Counted from the stretch's first letter, positions 51,486-61,484 are shown. The stretch: 64,000 nt of DNA from Candidatus Omnitrophota bacterium (GCA_011620275.1 WOZK01000012.1:31665-95664), one strand, 5' to 3'. Made by a program: numbers and translations. Notes: generated by a model from the sequence alone, not told the origin.

Positions 51486-53063
51486 TTAACCGCGGGAGGA
51501 TCTATCCTTAAGCAGTTTATATTCCACGCTGTCCGACAAAGCCTGCCAGGAGGCCTCGATTATGTTCTCTGAAACGCCGATCGTATTCCAGGTATCCCCG
51601 GCGTCCTGCGACTGTATAAGAACGCGCACCTTGGCGGCGGTACCGTCTTTTTCATTAAGCACGCGCACCTTGAAATCGCTCAAGTGCATGCGCGCAAGAT
51701 CGGGATAGAAATCCCGAAGCGCCTTGCGCAGGGCGTTATCCAGGGCGTTGACCGGGCCGTCGCCCTCGGCTGCGGTATACTCCCGGGAACCCTTGACTTT
51801 TATCTTTATAATCGCCTCGGTGGTTATTTTTCCATCCTGCCTGCGCTCCACCACCACCCTGAAACCCTCCAACTCGAAGAATTTCTCGTGTTTCTTTATT
51901 TCCCTCTGCAGCAGCAGCTCGAAAGAGGCTTCCGCGGCCTCGAACTGGTATCCTTTATGCTCCAGTTCCTGGACCAGTTTAAGTAACTTCTTCGTCTTGG
52001 GGTCGTTTTTGGTCAAGTCCATTTCCAGGTCGCGGGCGCGCAGCAATATCCCGGTCTTTCCCCCGAGCTCCGAAAGCAGCATCCTGCGCCTGTTCCCGAC
52101 GAGCGCCGGATCGATGTGCTCGTAAGTAGCGCAGTTTTTCATCACCGCGTTAATGTGCACCCCGCCCTTGTGCGCGAACGCCGAGATTCCGCTGTAAGGC
52201 TGGTCGTTCCTGATCGTCATATTGCTGATCTCGCTGACAAAATGAGACAATCTGGTCAGTCCCTTCAATTTATCGGCGGGAAGACAGCGCACTCCCATTT
52301 TCAACTGCAGATTAGCGATAATCGGGATAAGATCGGCGTTGCCGCAGCGCTCGCCGTAACCGTTTATAGTCCCCTGCGCCATAACCGCTCCCGCTTCCAC
52401 CGCGGCCAAGGAATTGGCCACCGCCAACCCCCCGTCATTATGACAATGTATTCCGATATCGGCCTTCAACAGTGATTTCACTTCCTTAACCACGCGCAAG
52501 ACCTCCGAAGAGAGCGTTCCACCGTTGGTATCGCAGAGCACCAGCACGGAGGCGCCGGCATCTCTGGCGGTCAACAGGCACTGCAATGCGTAATCGCGGT
52601 TGGCTTTGTAGGCGTCAAAGAAATGTTCCGCGTCATAAAAAACGGCCAAGCCTTTGCCGCGCAGAAAAGACACCGAATCCCTGATCATGGATAGATTCTC
52701 TTCCGGCGTTGTCTTCAGCACGTCTCTGATGTGCAGGTCCCAGGTCTTACCGAACAGCGCGGCGCAGGAAACACCGCTCTTGAGGAACGCCTTGAGGTTG
52801 GCGTCCTGCGATGCCTTTATGCCCGGCCGGCGGGTGGAGCCGAAAGCCACCAGTTCCGCGCAGGCAAGTCTGCGTTTAGACATCTTCAAAAAAAACTCCA
52901 TGTCCTTGGGATTGGACCCCGGCCAGCCTCCTTCGATATAATGGATGCCCGCCTTATCCAGTTCCATGGCGATGGCGAGTTTATCAGAAACGGTGTAGGA
53001 AATACCTTCCCCCTGAGACCCATCCCGCAAAGTAGTGTCGTAAACAGCCACGCTGTTCTTCAT
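51486..53063 (-). CDS. citramalate synthase / 2-isopropylmalate synthase family enzyme (CimA-like)
   Basis: 525 aa; DRE-TIM YDTTLRDGSQ N-terminus and C-terminal LeuA-dimer regulatory domain; long CimA-type size; lies in a threonine/isoleucine gene block. Confidence 0.65.
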   Translation of the reverse strand: MKNSVAVYDTTLRDGSQGEGISYTVSDKLAIAMELDKAGIHYIEGGWPGSNPKDMEFFLKMSKRRLACAELVAFGSTRRPGIKASQDANLKAFLKSGVSCAALFGKTWDLHIRDVLKTTPEENLSMIRDSVSFLRGKGLAVFYDAEHFFDAYKANRDYALQCLLTARDAGASVLVLCDTNGGTLSSEVLRVVKEVKSLLKADIGIHCHNDGGLAVANSLAAVEAGAVMAQGTINGYGERCGNADLIPIIANLQLKMGVRCLPADKLKGLTRLSHFVSEISNMTIRNDQPYSGISAFAHKGGVHINAVMKNCATYEHIDPALVGNRRRMLLSELGGKTGILLRARDLEMDLTKNDPKTKKLLKLVQELEHKGYQFEAAEASFELLLQREIKKHEKFFELEGFRVVVERRQDGKITTEAIIKIKVKGSREYTAAEGDGPVNALDNALRKALRDFYPDLARMHLSDFKVRVLNEKDGTAAKVRVLIQSQDAGDTWNTIGVSENIIEASWQALSDSVEYKLLKDRSSRG

Positions 53064-53071
53064 AATCGCCT

Positions 53072-54298
53072 CTATTTCTTTTTGCCCATGCCGAATTTAT
53101 CGTGCAGTATGCGCACGGCTTCTTCAGCCGATTTCTTCTTTATGATACAGGAGATACTAATGTCCGAGGTGGAAATCATATCTATATTTATATTGTTGGC
53201 TGCCAAAGCGGCGAACATCATAGCCGCCACGCCGGGATGTGATTTCATTCCCACGCCTATCACCGAGATGCGCGCAATATCATCATCCTGCAGTATCTCC
53301 CCCGCCCCCACGTCCGCCGCCGCCTCTTTAGCGAGTTTAACCGCCCTGGCCAAGTCGGACTTGGCGACGGTGAAAGAGATATCGGTTTTACGCAGGTGGC
53401 TGACGTTCTGAACGATCATGTCTACGTTTATGGATTTCTCGGCCATAAGGCTGAATATCTTCGCGGCGATGCCGGGCTGGTCCTGCAATCCGCAGACCGT
53501 TACCTTAGCTTCATTCTTGTTCAAGGTTATTCCGCTGACCATCAACTCTTCCATATCTTTTACCTCCCTGATTATCATCGTCCCCGGCTTGTCCGAAAAA
53601 GAAGACCGGACATGTATCGGCACGTCGAATTTCTTGGCAACTTCGATCGATCTTGCCTGCATCACCTGCGCGCCCAAAGAGGCCATTTCCAGCATCTCGT
53701 CATACGTGATGGTGGAAAGCTTTCTCGCCGACGGCTCGACCCTGGGATCGGTAGTGAATATGCCTTCCACGTCAGTGTATATCTCGCACTCATCGGCCTT
53801 CAACTCTTTGGCCAGCGCCACCGCCGTCAAGTCCGAACCGCCGCGGCCCAAAGTGGTAATATCCTGATCCGGGGTGACCCCCTGGAACCCGGCCACGATC
53901 ACGATCCTGCCCTTTTCCAGCTCCGCCTTTACTTTCGCGGGATTTATTTTCAGGATACGGGCCCTGGTATGGCAGCGGTCTGTGATAATACCCACCTGCA
54001 GGCCGGTCATCGATATCGCCTCATAACCCAGTTTGTGTATGGCCATTGCCAGCAATGCCACGGAGATTTGCTCGCCGGTGGACAGAAGCATATCCATCTC
54101 CCTCTCCGAAGGATTGCTGTTTATCCTGGCCGCCAGTTCTATCAATTCATCGGTGGTATCGCCCAACGCGGACACCACCACTATCAGGTTATCACCGTTC
54201 TTTTTGTAGGCGGCCACCCGCTTGGCGACGTTCTGTATCCTCTCCACATTGGCGACCGAAGAGCCGCCAAACTTCTGCACTACCAAACGCCCTTTCAT
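53072..54298 (-). CDS. lysC: aspartate kinase
   Basis: 408 aa; VQKFGGSSV kinase N-terminus and two C-terminal ACT domains. Confidence 0.93.
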   Translation of the reverse strand: MKGRLVVQKFGGSSVANVERIQNVAKRVAAYKKNGDNLIVVVSALGDTTDELIELAARINSNPSEREMDMLLSTGEQISVALLAMAIHKLGYEAISMTGLQVGIITDRCHTRARILKINPAKVKAELEKGRIVIVAGFQGVTPDQDITTLGRGGSDLTAVALAKELKADECEIYTDVEGIFTTDPRVEPSARKLSTITYDEMLEMASLGAQVMQARSIEVAKKFDVPIHVRSSFSDKPGTMIIREVKDMEELMVSGITLNKNEAKVTVCGLQDQPGIAAKIFSLMAEKSINVDMIVQNVSHLRKTDISFTVAKSDLARAVKLAKEAAADVGAGEILQDDDIARISVIGVGMKSHPGVAAMMFAALAANNINIDMISTSDISISCIIKKKSAEEAVRILHDKFGMGKKK

Positions 54299-55525
54299 CT
54301 AAACCTTCCCTCCGTTTATGAAATAAGCCATCAATTCGTGGCCTTTATCGAAAACAAGTCCGCTTTTGCGCGCCTCGCTCTCGCTGTAAACGGCGGCACT
54401 CCCCGGATGAATATCCGGCCCGTATATTCCGAAACATACCGGGTCGGCGGAGTGGCTGCGCAGCGCCACCGGTGTGGGGTGGTCGGGCATCACCAGTATG
54501 CGTAGTCCCTGCTGTTTTTTTGCCGCGTCAAGAAACCTACGCACCACCGCGTGATCAAAACGCTCGATGGCGGTTATCTTCTGCCGCAGGTCGCCGTTAT
54601 GTCCCGCCTCGTCAGGGGCCTCCACGTGAACGAAAACGAAATCGTGCTTCTCCAGAGACTTGACCCCGGCCTCAGCCTTACCTTCGTAATTAGTATCGTA
54701 ATACCCGGTGGCTCCCGGCACGTCTATCACGTCCAGGCCGATGATGCGCCCCAGACCTTTTAGAAGGTCCACGGCGGAGATAACGCTGCCGCTGATCCCG
54801 AACATATCGCTGAAACGCGGCATGCGCGGTTTCACACCCTGCCCCCAGAGCCAGATCATATTGGCGGGGTTCTCTTTCAAATCTATGCGCACCTGGTTGA
54901 TCTCGTGCGTCTCCAGCAGGGATCGGGAATCTTTCATCAGCTTGATCAGATGCTGCGCCCCTCCGCCTTTAGGCAGATTGCGGGAAACGGTCTGCCCGGA
55001 GATATCGTGAGGCGGTTTACACTCGGTCTCGTGCAACCCCAAAGCCGTTCCTCCGGAAGCAAGCATTAAATGCCGATAGCTGACGCCCGGATAGAACCTA
55101 AAATTCCCGCCGCCGATGCCGCGGTCTACGAACTTTATAAGCTGTTCCGCTTCTTTGGAACTGATATGCCCGGCGCTGTAATCCTCCAAGATGTCCCCGG
55201 AGACGGTAATCAGGTTACAGCGAAAAGCAACATCCCCTTCTTTCATCTCCACGCCGAGATTGGCCGCTTCCAGCGGGCCGCGGCCGGCATAATACTCCGC
55301 GGGATTATATCCCAGTATGGACATATTGGCCACGTCCGAACCGGCGGCCATTCTGTCCGGGATGGTCCTCGCGACACCAAGCATTCCTTTTCTGGCGAGA
55401 AAATCCATCGCCGGGGTGTCGGCCGTCTCGATCGGCGTCTTGCCTCCGAGTTCCTGCAAAGGGTAATCGGCCATGCCGTCGGCGACCAGGACGGCGTATT
55501 TTAATCTAACTTTTTCAGCAGGCAT
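54299..55525 (-). CDS. cofactor-independent phosphoglycerate mutase (archaeal-type, ApgM) family protein; candidate non-orthologous homoserine kinase
   Basis: 408 aa; metalloenzyme fold YAVLVADGMADYP..; embedded in a thr cluster (lysC-X-coaB-thrC-hom) that has no canonical thrB. Confidence 0.6.
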   Translation of the reverse strand: MPAEKVRLKYAVLVADGMADYPLQELGGKTPIETADTPAMDFLARKGMLGVARTIPDRMAAGSDVANMSILGYNPAEYYAGRGPLEAANLGVEMKEGDVAFRCNLITVSGDILEDYSAGHISSKEAEQLIKFVDRGIGGGNFRFYPGVSYRHLMLASGGTALGLHETECKPPHDISGQTVSRNLPKGGGAQHLIKLMKDSRSLLETHEINQVRIDLKENPANMIWLWGQGVKPRMPRFSDMFGISGSVISAVDLLKGLGRIIGLDVIDVPGATGYYDTNYEGKAEAGVKSLEKHDFVFVHVEAPDEAGHNGDLRQKITAIERFDHAVVRRFLDAAKKQQGLRILVMPDHPTPVALRSHSADPVCFGIYGPDIHPGSAAVYSESEARKSGLVFDKGHELMAYFINGGKV

Positions 55526-56198
55526 CCCTGGACAACCCTTCCGCTATGCAGCGCACCAGATGCACGGCCAGGCTCTTTTTGGAACAGAAAGGGCCGCTTA
55601 ATTTGCCGTCTTTAACGATGTAAGCCTCATAAAGATTGTTACGAATGGTATTGGCAACCACGATCTCCGCCCCGCAACGCTCGGCCAGATGCACGGCTTC
55701 TTTATGCAGTTCTTTTGCCGCAGCCTGGGGCTCGAATTTGAAACCCACGAGCATAAGCGCAGGATCCTGCTTCTTTATGGAATCTATAATCTTGGGAGTG
55801 GCAGCCAGCTTCAAAGCCAGATTCTTCCTGCCCGAGGGGATTTTCCTACGGTGCGCGTGCCTCGGCTGGTAATCGGAGACGGCCGCCGAGTGTATAACCA
55901 CGTCGTATTTGCGGCGGACCAGCTCGCGCGAGAGCTTTTCCCGCAGGTCGGAAAAGAACTTGAAAGACTCGGTATACTTACTGTTAACCAGTCTTGACTC
56001 CAGCAGAGACGGCCCCAACAGCAGACGCACGGACGCCCCCATCTTCTTGACTTCCTCGGCCAGCAGCAGACCGGTTTCACCGGTAGCGGTATTGCTGATC
56101 ACCCGCACGTCATCGATAGGCACCCACGTCGGCCCTGCGGTGATCAACACTTTCTTATCCTTTAACCCGTTCGGTCGCTTCTTGGTTTTGGCTTTCAT
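55515..56198 (-). CDS. coaB: phosphopantothenate--cysteine ligase (CoaB domain only)
   Basis: 227 aa; KVLITAGPTWVPIDDVRVISNTATGETG DFP/CoaB signature; no CoaC flavoprotein domain. Confidence 0.8.
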   Translation of the reverse strand: MKAKTKKRPNGLKDKKVLITAGPTWVPIDDVRVISNTATGETGLLLAEEVKKMGASVRLLLGPSLLESRLVNSKYTESFKFFSDLREKLSRELVRRKYDVVIHSAAVSDYQPRHAHRRKIPSGRKNLALKLAATPKIIDSIKKQDPALMLVGFKFEPQAAAKELHKEAVHLAERCGAEIVVANTIRNNLYEAYIVKDGKLSGPFCSKKSLAVHLVRCIAEGLSRDAC

Positions 56199-56271
56199 CT
56201 ATGATAGCACTCCCTTTAGAAGAACAGTCCACACTATTTCCCGTTCCTGATCATCCTTCGTAACCGTAATC

Positions 56272-57333
56272 TTAAAATCCCATCTTCCCCAGTATCTCCT
56301 TCATCTGAGCGTCAACCGTCAACGGTTTTGCCACGCTTTTGATTGCCCGGTCAGGATCTTTCAGGCCATGGCCGGTCAGGATGCAGACGATACGCAATTT
56401 CTCCTTGCCGGAGAAAAATCCGGCTGCGGAAAGTTTCAAAAGCCCGGCAACGGAGGCGCAGGAGGCCGGCTCGGCGAACACCCCGTCTTTTTCCGCCAGC
56501 AGTTTATACGCCTCCAGTATCTCTTCATCAGAGACCATATCTATCAACCCGCCGGACTCGTCCCTGGCCTGTTCGGCCTGCTTCCAGCTGGCGGGATTAC
56601 CGATGCGTATGGCAGTAGCGATCGTCTCGGGATTCTCCACTATCCTCCCCCTAACTATCGGAGCCGCCCCTTCGGCCTGGAAACCCAGCAACCCGGGCAG
56701 GGAAGTTATTTTCCCTTCCTGGAGATACTGCTTGTAGCCTTTCCAGTAAGCGGTGATATTGCCGGCGTTCCCGACCGGCATCACCTGGAAATCAGGGGCG
56801 CCTTCCAAAGCGTCGCAAATCTCGAAACTCCCGGTTTTCTGCCCTTCAATACGGAAAGGGTTCAGGGAATTCACCAGGGTTATCGGGTATTTCTCCGCGG
56901 TTTCGCGCACCAGGCGCAGCGCGTCGTCGAAATTGCCGCGCACCTGCAAAACCAGGGCGCCGTGTATCAAAGCCTGGCTCAATTTCCCCATGGCGATGTG
57001 GCCGTCCGGTATCAGCACGACGCATTTTATCCCGGCGCGCGCCGCGTAAGCGGCGGCAGAAGCGGAAGTATTGCCGGTGGACGCGCAGATCACGGCGCGG
57101 GAACCTTCCTCGCAGGCCTTGGAAATGGCCATGGTCATGCCGCGGTCTTTGAAGGAACCGGTGGGATTAAGCCCTTCGTATTTCAAATAGACCAAGCACC
57201 CGGCTCCCAGTCTGGAACTCAAGTAAGGCGAGAAAATCAGCGGCGTGTTCCCCTCGTTTAGAGTAACCACCGGAGTGGCCCCGCTTACCGGCAGATATTT
57301 CCTGTATTTCTCGATCACCCCGCGGTAAAACAT
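56272..57333 (-). CDS. thrC: threonine synthase
   Basis: 353 aa; PLP-lysine motif TGSFKDRG. Confidence 0.93.
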   Translation of the reverse strand: MFYRGVIEKYRKYLPVSGATPVVTLNEGNTPLIFSPYLSSRLGAGCLVYLKYEGLNPTGSFKDRGMTMAISKACEEGSRAVICASTGNTSASAAAYAARAGIKCVVLIPDGHIAMGKLSQALIHGALVLQVRGNFDDALRLVRETAEKYPITLVNSLNPFRIEGQKTGSFEICDALEGAPDFQVMPVGNAGNITAYWKGYKQYLQEGKITSLPGLLGFQAEGAAPIVRGRIVENPETIATAIRIGNPASWKQAEQARDESGGLIDMVSDEEILEAYKLLAEKDGVFAEPASCASVAGLLKLSAAGFFSGKEKLRIVCILTGHGLKDPDRAIKSVAKPLTVDAQMKEILGKMGF

Positions 57334-57338
57334 GATTT

Positions 57339-58640
57339 TTATATCTCCTCTATGCGGATAGCCACCGATTTTTCCTTTATCACATCAAGCTTGTCTATCA
57401 CGGTCAGCGCGGAACGCAATTTCTTCTCCAGCGCGTCGTGTACCACCATTACAATCGGCACGGCCTGGCCGCCGCGCGCCGGTTTCTGCGTGACCGACTC
57501 TATGCTGATCCCGGACTTCGCAAACACCCCGGATATCTTTGCCAGCACGCCCGGTTTATCGTCGGCCGTCACTCTTATGTAATACCGGCTTTCTATCTCG
57601 TCTATGCTGCGCAGACGTTTCACCTCGGCGTCGGGAGTAATATTAAGCGTAGGCCTGAACAAACCGGCCTTCATATCCTGCGCCAGGTCCACCAGGTCGG
57701 AGACCACGGCAGACGCCGCGGAGAACTGGCCGGCTCCGGGGCCGTAAAAAAGCAATTCCCCGGCCAGGTCGCTGGAGACGAAGATGGCGTTGAAGACGCC
57801 GTTCACGGAAGCGAGCAAATGCCCGGAACTGATCAAAGTCGGATGTACCCGCACCTCCAACGCGTCGCCCTCCTTCTTGGCTATCGCCAACAGTTTGATC
57901 TCGAAATCGAGTTCTTTGGCATAATTGATGTCCTGCAGGGATACCCTGGAAATCCCTTCCACATAAACTTCCCCGATGCGCACCATCCTTCCGAAACAAA
58001 GATAAGTGAGTATGACAAGCTTATGCGCGGAATCCATTCCTTCGATGTCGAGCGTGGGGTCTTTCTCGGCGAAACCGCGCTTCTGCGCCTCCTTGAGCGC
58101 CTCGGAGAAGCCGCAGTTCTCCGCCGACATACGGGAAAGCACGAAATTGGTGGTGCCGTTGACTATACCGAACACCCCTGCGAAGTTATTGGCGACCAGA
58201 CCTTCTCTCAACGCCTTTATGATCGGAATGCCTGCCCCGACCGAGGCCTCGAAATAAACGCTCTTTCCCCTGTCCTGGGCAAGCGTAAAGATATCCGTCC
58301 CGTGGTGAGCAAGCAGAGCTTTATTGGCAGTGACCACGTTCTTGCCTTTTTTAAGCGCTTCGGTCACGAATTCACGCGCCGGGTTTATGCCGCCGATCAG
58401 CTCCACCACGATGTCTATTTGGGGATCTTCAAGGATATCGGAGACATTGACGGTCAACAGCGACTTATCCAAAGAAACGCCGCGCTTGGAAGAGATATCC
58501 TTGTCGCAGACTTTCTTGAGCTCAATCTCCATACCGGTCTTTTCGCGCAGCATCGCTTTCTTGTCGCGCAGTATCTTTATCATGCCGGCACCGACGTTGC
58601 CGAACCCTATCAACCCTATGTTTATCTTCCTGGCGCTCAT
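57339..58640 (-). CDS. hom: homoserine dehydrogenase
   Basis: 433 aa; GLIGFGNVG NAD(P)-binding motif, catalytic domain and C-terminal ACT domain. Confidence 0.93.
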   Translation of the reverse strand: MSARKINIGLIGFGNVGAGMIKILRDKKAMLREKTGMEIELKKVCDKDISSKRGVSLDKSLLTVNVSDILEDPQIDIVVELIGGINPAREFVTEALKKGKNVVTANKALLAHHGTDIFTLAQDRGKSVYFEASVGAGIPIIKALREGLVANNFAGVFGIVNGTTNFVLSRMSAENCGFSEALKEAQKRGFAEKDPTLDIEGMDSAHKLVILTYLCFGRMVRIGEVYVEGISRVSLQDINYAKELDFEIKLLAIAKKEGDALEVRVHPTLISSGHLLASVNGVFNAIFVSSDLAGELLFYGPGAGQFSAASAVVSDLVDLAQDMKAGLFRPTLNITPDAEVKRLRSIDEIESRYYIRVTADDKPGVLAKISGVFAKSGISIESVTQKPARGGQAVPIVMVVHDALEKKLRSALTVIDKLDVIKEKSVAIRIEEI

Positions 58641-58666
58641 GGTATGTACCTCTCTTTTCTCGGATA

Positions 58667-59026
58667 TTACTTGGCGTTCTTAAGATGATATTCCACCGTC
58701 CCGCCGATCACCCTGCGATGGTTCTCGTCAACCGCGACGAACTGGATACGAGTATCGTAAATCATGTTCTTGCTAATCTCCCTCGACTCCACCACTTTAC
58801 CCATCAAAAGGATCGGATGCGCGTCGAAAGGAAGTCTTATCTCCAGGGCCAGGTTAGTGCCCGGCTCAAAAGAGCGGTTGGTGGTCAAAAGCATGCCTCC
58901 CAGGCTGAGGTTCTTAGTCTGGGAAATGTCCACGTTGTTGGCTTCATCGAAGACCCTGTAAGAGACCACGAAACGACCGCTTGCTCTGGGGTACTTACGC
59001 TTTTCTTCTCCCTTATACTGCGTCAT
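58667..59026 (-). CDS. PilZ domain protein (c-di-GMP receptor family)
   Basis: Start at MTQYKGEEKRKYPR (ATG at 59024-59026) with strong RBS AAGGGAGG; PilZ motifs RKYPR and DISQTKNLSLGG. Confidence 0.75.
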   Translation of the reverse strand: MTQYKGEEKRKYPRASGRFVVSYRVFDEANNVDISQTKNLSLGGMLLTTNRSFEPGTNLALEIRLPFDAHPILLMGKVVESREISKNMIYDTRIQFVAVDENHRRVIGGTVEYHLKNAK

Positions 59027-59251
59027 ATCGCCTCCCTTGAAATCTCCGCTGTTAGGCTTTATTATTCTGGATGTGTTCGCCGGACGGTATCGGTATTCTA
59101 CCTTAGGACATGCCAAAGCCCCGATTGTAAGTCTCAAGATGCGCATTTATAAACTACACAAAATTGTATTATATACGCGCGCTTAAATAATGTAAATAGA
59201 AAGTTAAATAAGGGAAAGCTGCGAAATGGAAGAAAAACGGCGGGGCAGCCG

Positions 59252-60253
59252 TCACTCTTTCTTCATTTGGCGGGTCATCAGATCCTTTACCGCTTTTACC
59301 GGCGACTTGCCTTTATACAGAACGCGGTATACTTCCCCGCAAATAGGCATATCCACCTTGTAACGCAGGCTCAATCCGTGCGCCGATTCGGCTGTCGGCA
59401 CTCCTTCGGCTATCATCAGCCCCATCTTGCGCCTGATATCGGCAAGCGTCCTCCCCATACCGATCTGTTCGCCCACGAACCTGTTGCGGCTGTCGCGGCT
59501 GATACAGGTAGTAACCAGGTCTCCCAGTCCGCTGATGCCGCTGAACGTCCTGGGTTTTGCCGACATGGCCGCGCCAAGCCTGGTAATCTCCGCCAGACCG
59601 CGGGAAAGCAGTGCCGCTTTTGTGTTTGAGCCGAAACCAAGCCCATCGGAGATACCGCAGGCTATGGCTATCACGTTCTTCAGGCTGCCGCCCAGTTCCA
59701 CGCCTGTCACGTCGTCGTTACCGTAAATACGGAAGCTTTCGCTGATAAACAAAGATTGCAGTTCTTCGCGGACGTCCTTTCTGCCGGAAGCGATCACGGC
59801 CGTCGTCGGTATCCCTAAAGCGACCTCTCTGGCGATGGTCGGCCCGGAAAGCACGGCCACTCGTATCCTGCCCAGTTCTTCGCTTACGACCTCGGACATC
59901 CTTTTCAGGGAGCCGGCCTCTATGCCTTTGACCACGCTGAGATAATCCGCCCCGCGCGGCAGGCGGCACCCTTTCATTTTGCGCAATACTCCGCGCAAGT
60001 ATTGTGAAGGAACGGCCAGGACAATAACATCGCTGTCCGAACAGGCTTTCTCCAAGTCGGAAGTTATGAATATCTTACCGGGGATCTTGAAGCCGGGCAG
60101 GAATTTCTTGTTCTCGCGGTATCTGTTCAGATAAACCGCATACTCCGGGAAAGCGCTCCAGATAGAGACGTCGACATCCTTCCGGGAAAGCAGGATGGCA
60201 AGCGTCGTTCCCCAACCGCCGTCCCCTATAAACGCTATCTTCTTTCTTTTCAT
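59252..60253 (-). CDS. gpsA: NAD(P)H-dependent glycerol-3-phosphate dehydrogenase
   Basis: 333 aa; IAFIGDGGWGT Rossmann motif and GpsA family C-terminus. Confidence 0.93.
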   Translation of the reverse strand: MKRKKIAFIGDGGWGTTLAILLSRKDVDVSIWSAFPEYAVYLNRYRENKKFLPGFKIPGKIFITSDLEKACSDSDVIVLAVPSQYLRGVLRKMKGCRLPRGADYLSVVKGIEAGSLKRMSEVVSEELGRIRVAVLSGPTIAREVALGIPTTAVIASGRKDVREELQSLFISESFRIYGNDDVTGVELGGSLKNVIAIACGISDGLGFGSNTKAALLSRGLAEITRLGAAMSAKPRTFSGISGLGDLVTTCISRDSRNRFVGEQIGMGRTLADIRRKMGLMIAEGVPTAESAHGLSLRYKVDMPICGEVYRVLYKGKSPVKAVKDLMTRQMKKE

Positions 60254-60256
60254 ACC

Positions 60257-60649
60257 TTAAACCTGTTCCGGCGGAAAGACTATCCTGGGGACCAAGACGT
60301 GTCCTTCTTCTCTCGTGATAAATCTCAAACCGACCTTATGCAACCCGTCCTCGTCCCGTCCCTCCGCCCTTACCACGCAGCCGATTATCCCGCCCTGATA
60401 CATGAAACATCGTTTCTCCATGTCGTGACAAAAATCAAGGGTGTCCTTGTCGAAAGAAAGCCAAAGGATGTCGTCCATCTGAACGTCGTCTTTTATACGG
60501 CAAAAAATACCGCTTTGACTGATATCCGCGGTATAACCTTCCAGAAGCTTATCTATAGTCTCGCGCTTACAGATCTTGTAGGCCAGCGGAGTCACGTATT
60601 CCACCCTGGCGTATTCTCTTCTCTCTTTACCGAATATGCCGTCGCTCAT
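60257..60649 (-). CDS. PilZ domain protein (c-di-GMP receptor family)
   Basis: 130 aa; RREYAR and DISQSG PilZ motifs; RBS GAGGAA. Confidence 0.7.
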   Translation of the reverse strand: MSDGIFGKERREYARVEYVTPLAYKICKRETIDKLLEGYTADISQSGIFCRIKDDVQMDDILWLSFDKDTLDFCHDMEKRCFMYQGGIIGCVVRAEGRDEDGLHKVGLRFITREEGHVLVPRIVFPPEQV

Positions 60650-60663
60650 TAAAATTCCTCGGT

Positions 60664-61440
60664 CTATTTTATCTCCAGCCCGGTTTTATTGGTACGCAGT
60701 TTGGCCAGGTCCCAACTGTATTCATACAAATGCAGTCCCTTGCTCGCCGCGATAATCTCACCGTCCTCCACGCCTATCTCCTGAGCCATATACTGCTTTA
60801 CCAGTTCCAGACCTCCCAGGTTGGAAGGAAAGCCTCCCCAGAGATCCCAGGAACGGAAATAAAGTATGAAATGCAGTTTGCCGTAGCGCACGCGCGTGTC
60901 TATCAGGCGCAGGCACGGCGGATCGTTAAGCTTTATGTCCGACGGCATACCTATCTCCATCACCGCCTGGTTCGTACCCGGGCCTTTCTCCTTATAGATG
61001 CGTATGACCTCCTCGATCTGGTTGACGTCAAGAGGTATCTCCTTGAACATTCCGCTGCCGTCCTGTTTCACCTTCACCCGCGGCGCGACCAGCCTTTCTC
61101 CGTAAGTATAATCCTCCGTCTCGGTCTTGGCGCCGGTAAGCAGATATCCCAGGTATCCCTGAACGTAATCCATATCTGTGGGAGCCGGAATGCTCATGCC
61201 TTCCGGAATGATCGGTATAATCTGATGAGATGGTTTTTTGATCTTGATTACCGCGAAATCGAATTCCAGGCGCCTCTGCCCTTCGTAGCTGCCGCGGGTG
61301 ATTGTATAGACATGCCCTTTATCCAGTATCTTTGACAGACACTGGAACCAGGCGTCGTCCACGTCGAAGGCATCGATAAAAACAGGTTCCAGAGATTCTC
61401 TTTCCGGCATAGGCTGAGGTACTTGAAAAATCCCCTTCAA
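60664..61440 (-). CDS. divergent thymidylate synthase (ThyA)-family protein, archaeal-like
   Basis: 258 aa; ThyA-like catalytic region PPCLRLIDTRVRYGKLHFILYFRSWDLWGGFPSNL (compare PPCH..GKL..Q.YQRS.D..LG.PFN) but otherwise distant from bacterial ThyA. Confidence 0.55.
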   Translation of the reverse strand: MKGIFQVPQPMPERESLEPVFIDAFDVDDAWFQCLSKILDKGHVYTITRGSYEGQRRLEFDFAVIKIKKPSHQIIPIIPEGMSIPAPTDMDYVQGYLGYLLTGAKTETEDYTYGERLVAPRVKVKQDGSGMFKEIPLDVNQIEEVIRIYKEKGPGTNQAVMEIGMPSDIKLNDPPCLRLIDTRVRYGKLHFILYFRSWDLWGGFPSNLGGLELVKQYMAQEIGVEDGEIIAASKGLHLYEYSWDLAKLRTNKTGLEIK

Positions 61441-61484
61441 GGATAAAACCAGTGTTCTTACTACCCCGGGACTGCGATTTCAAG

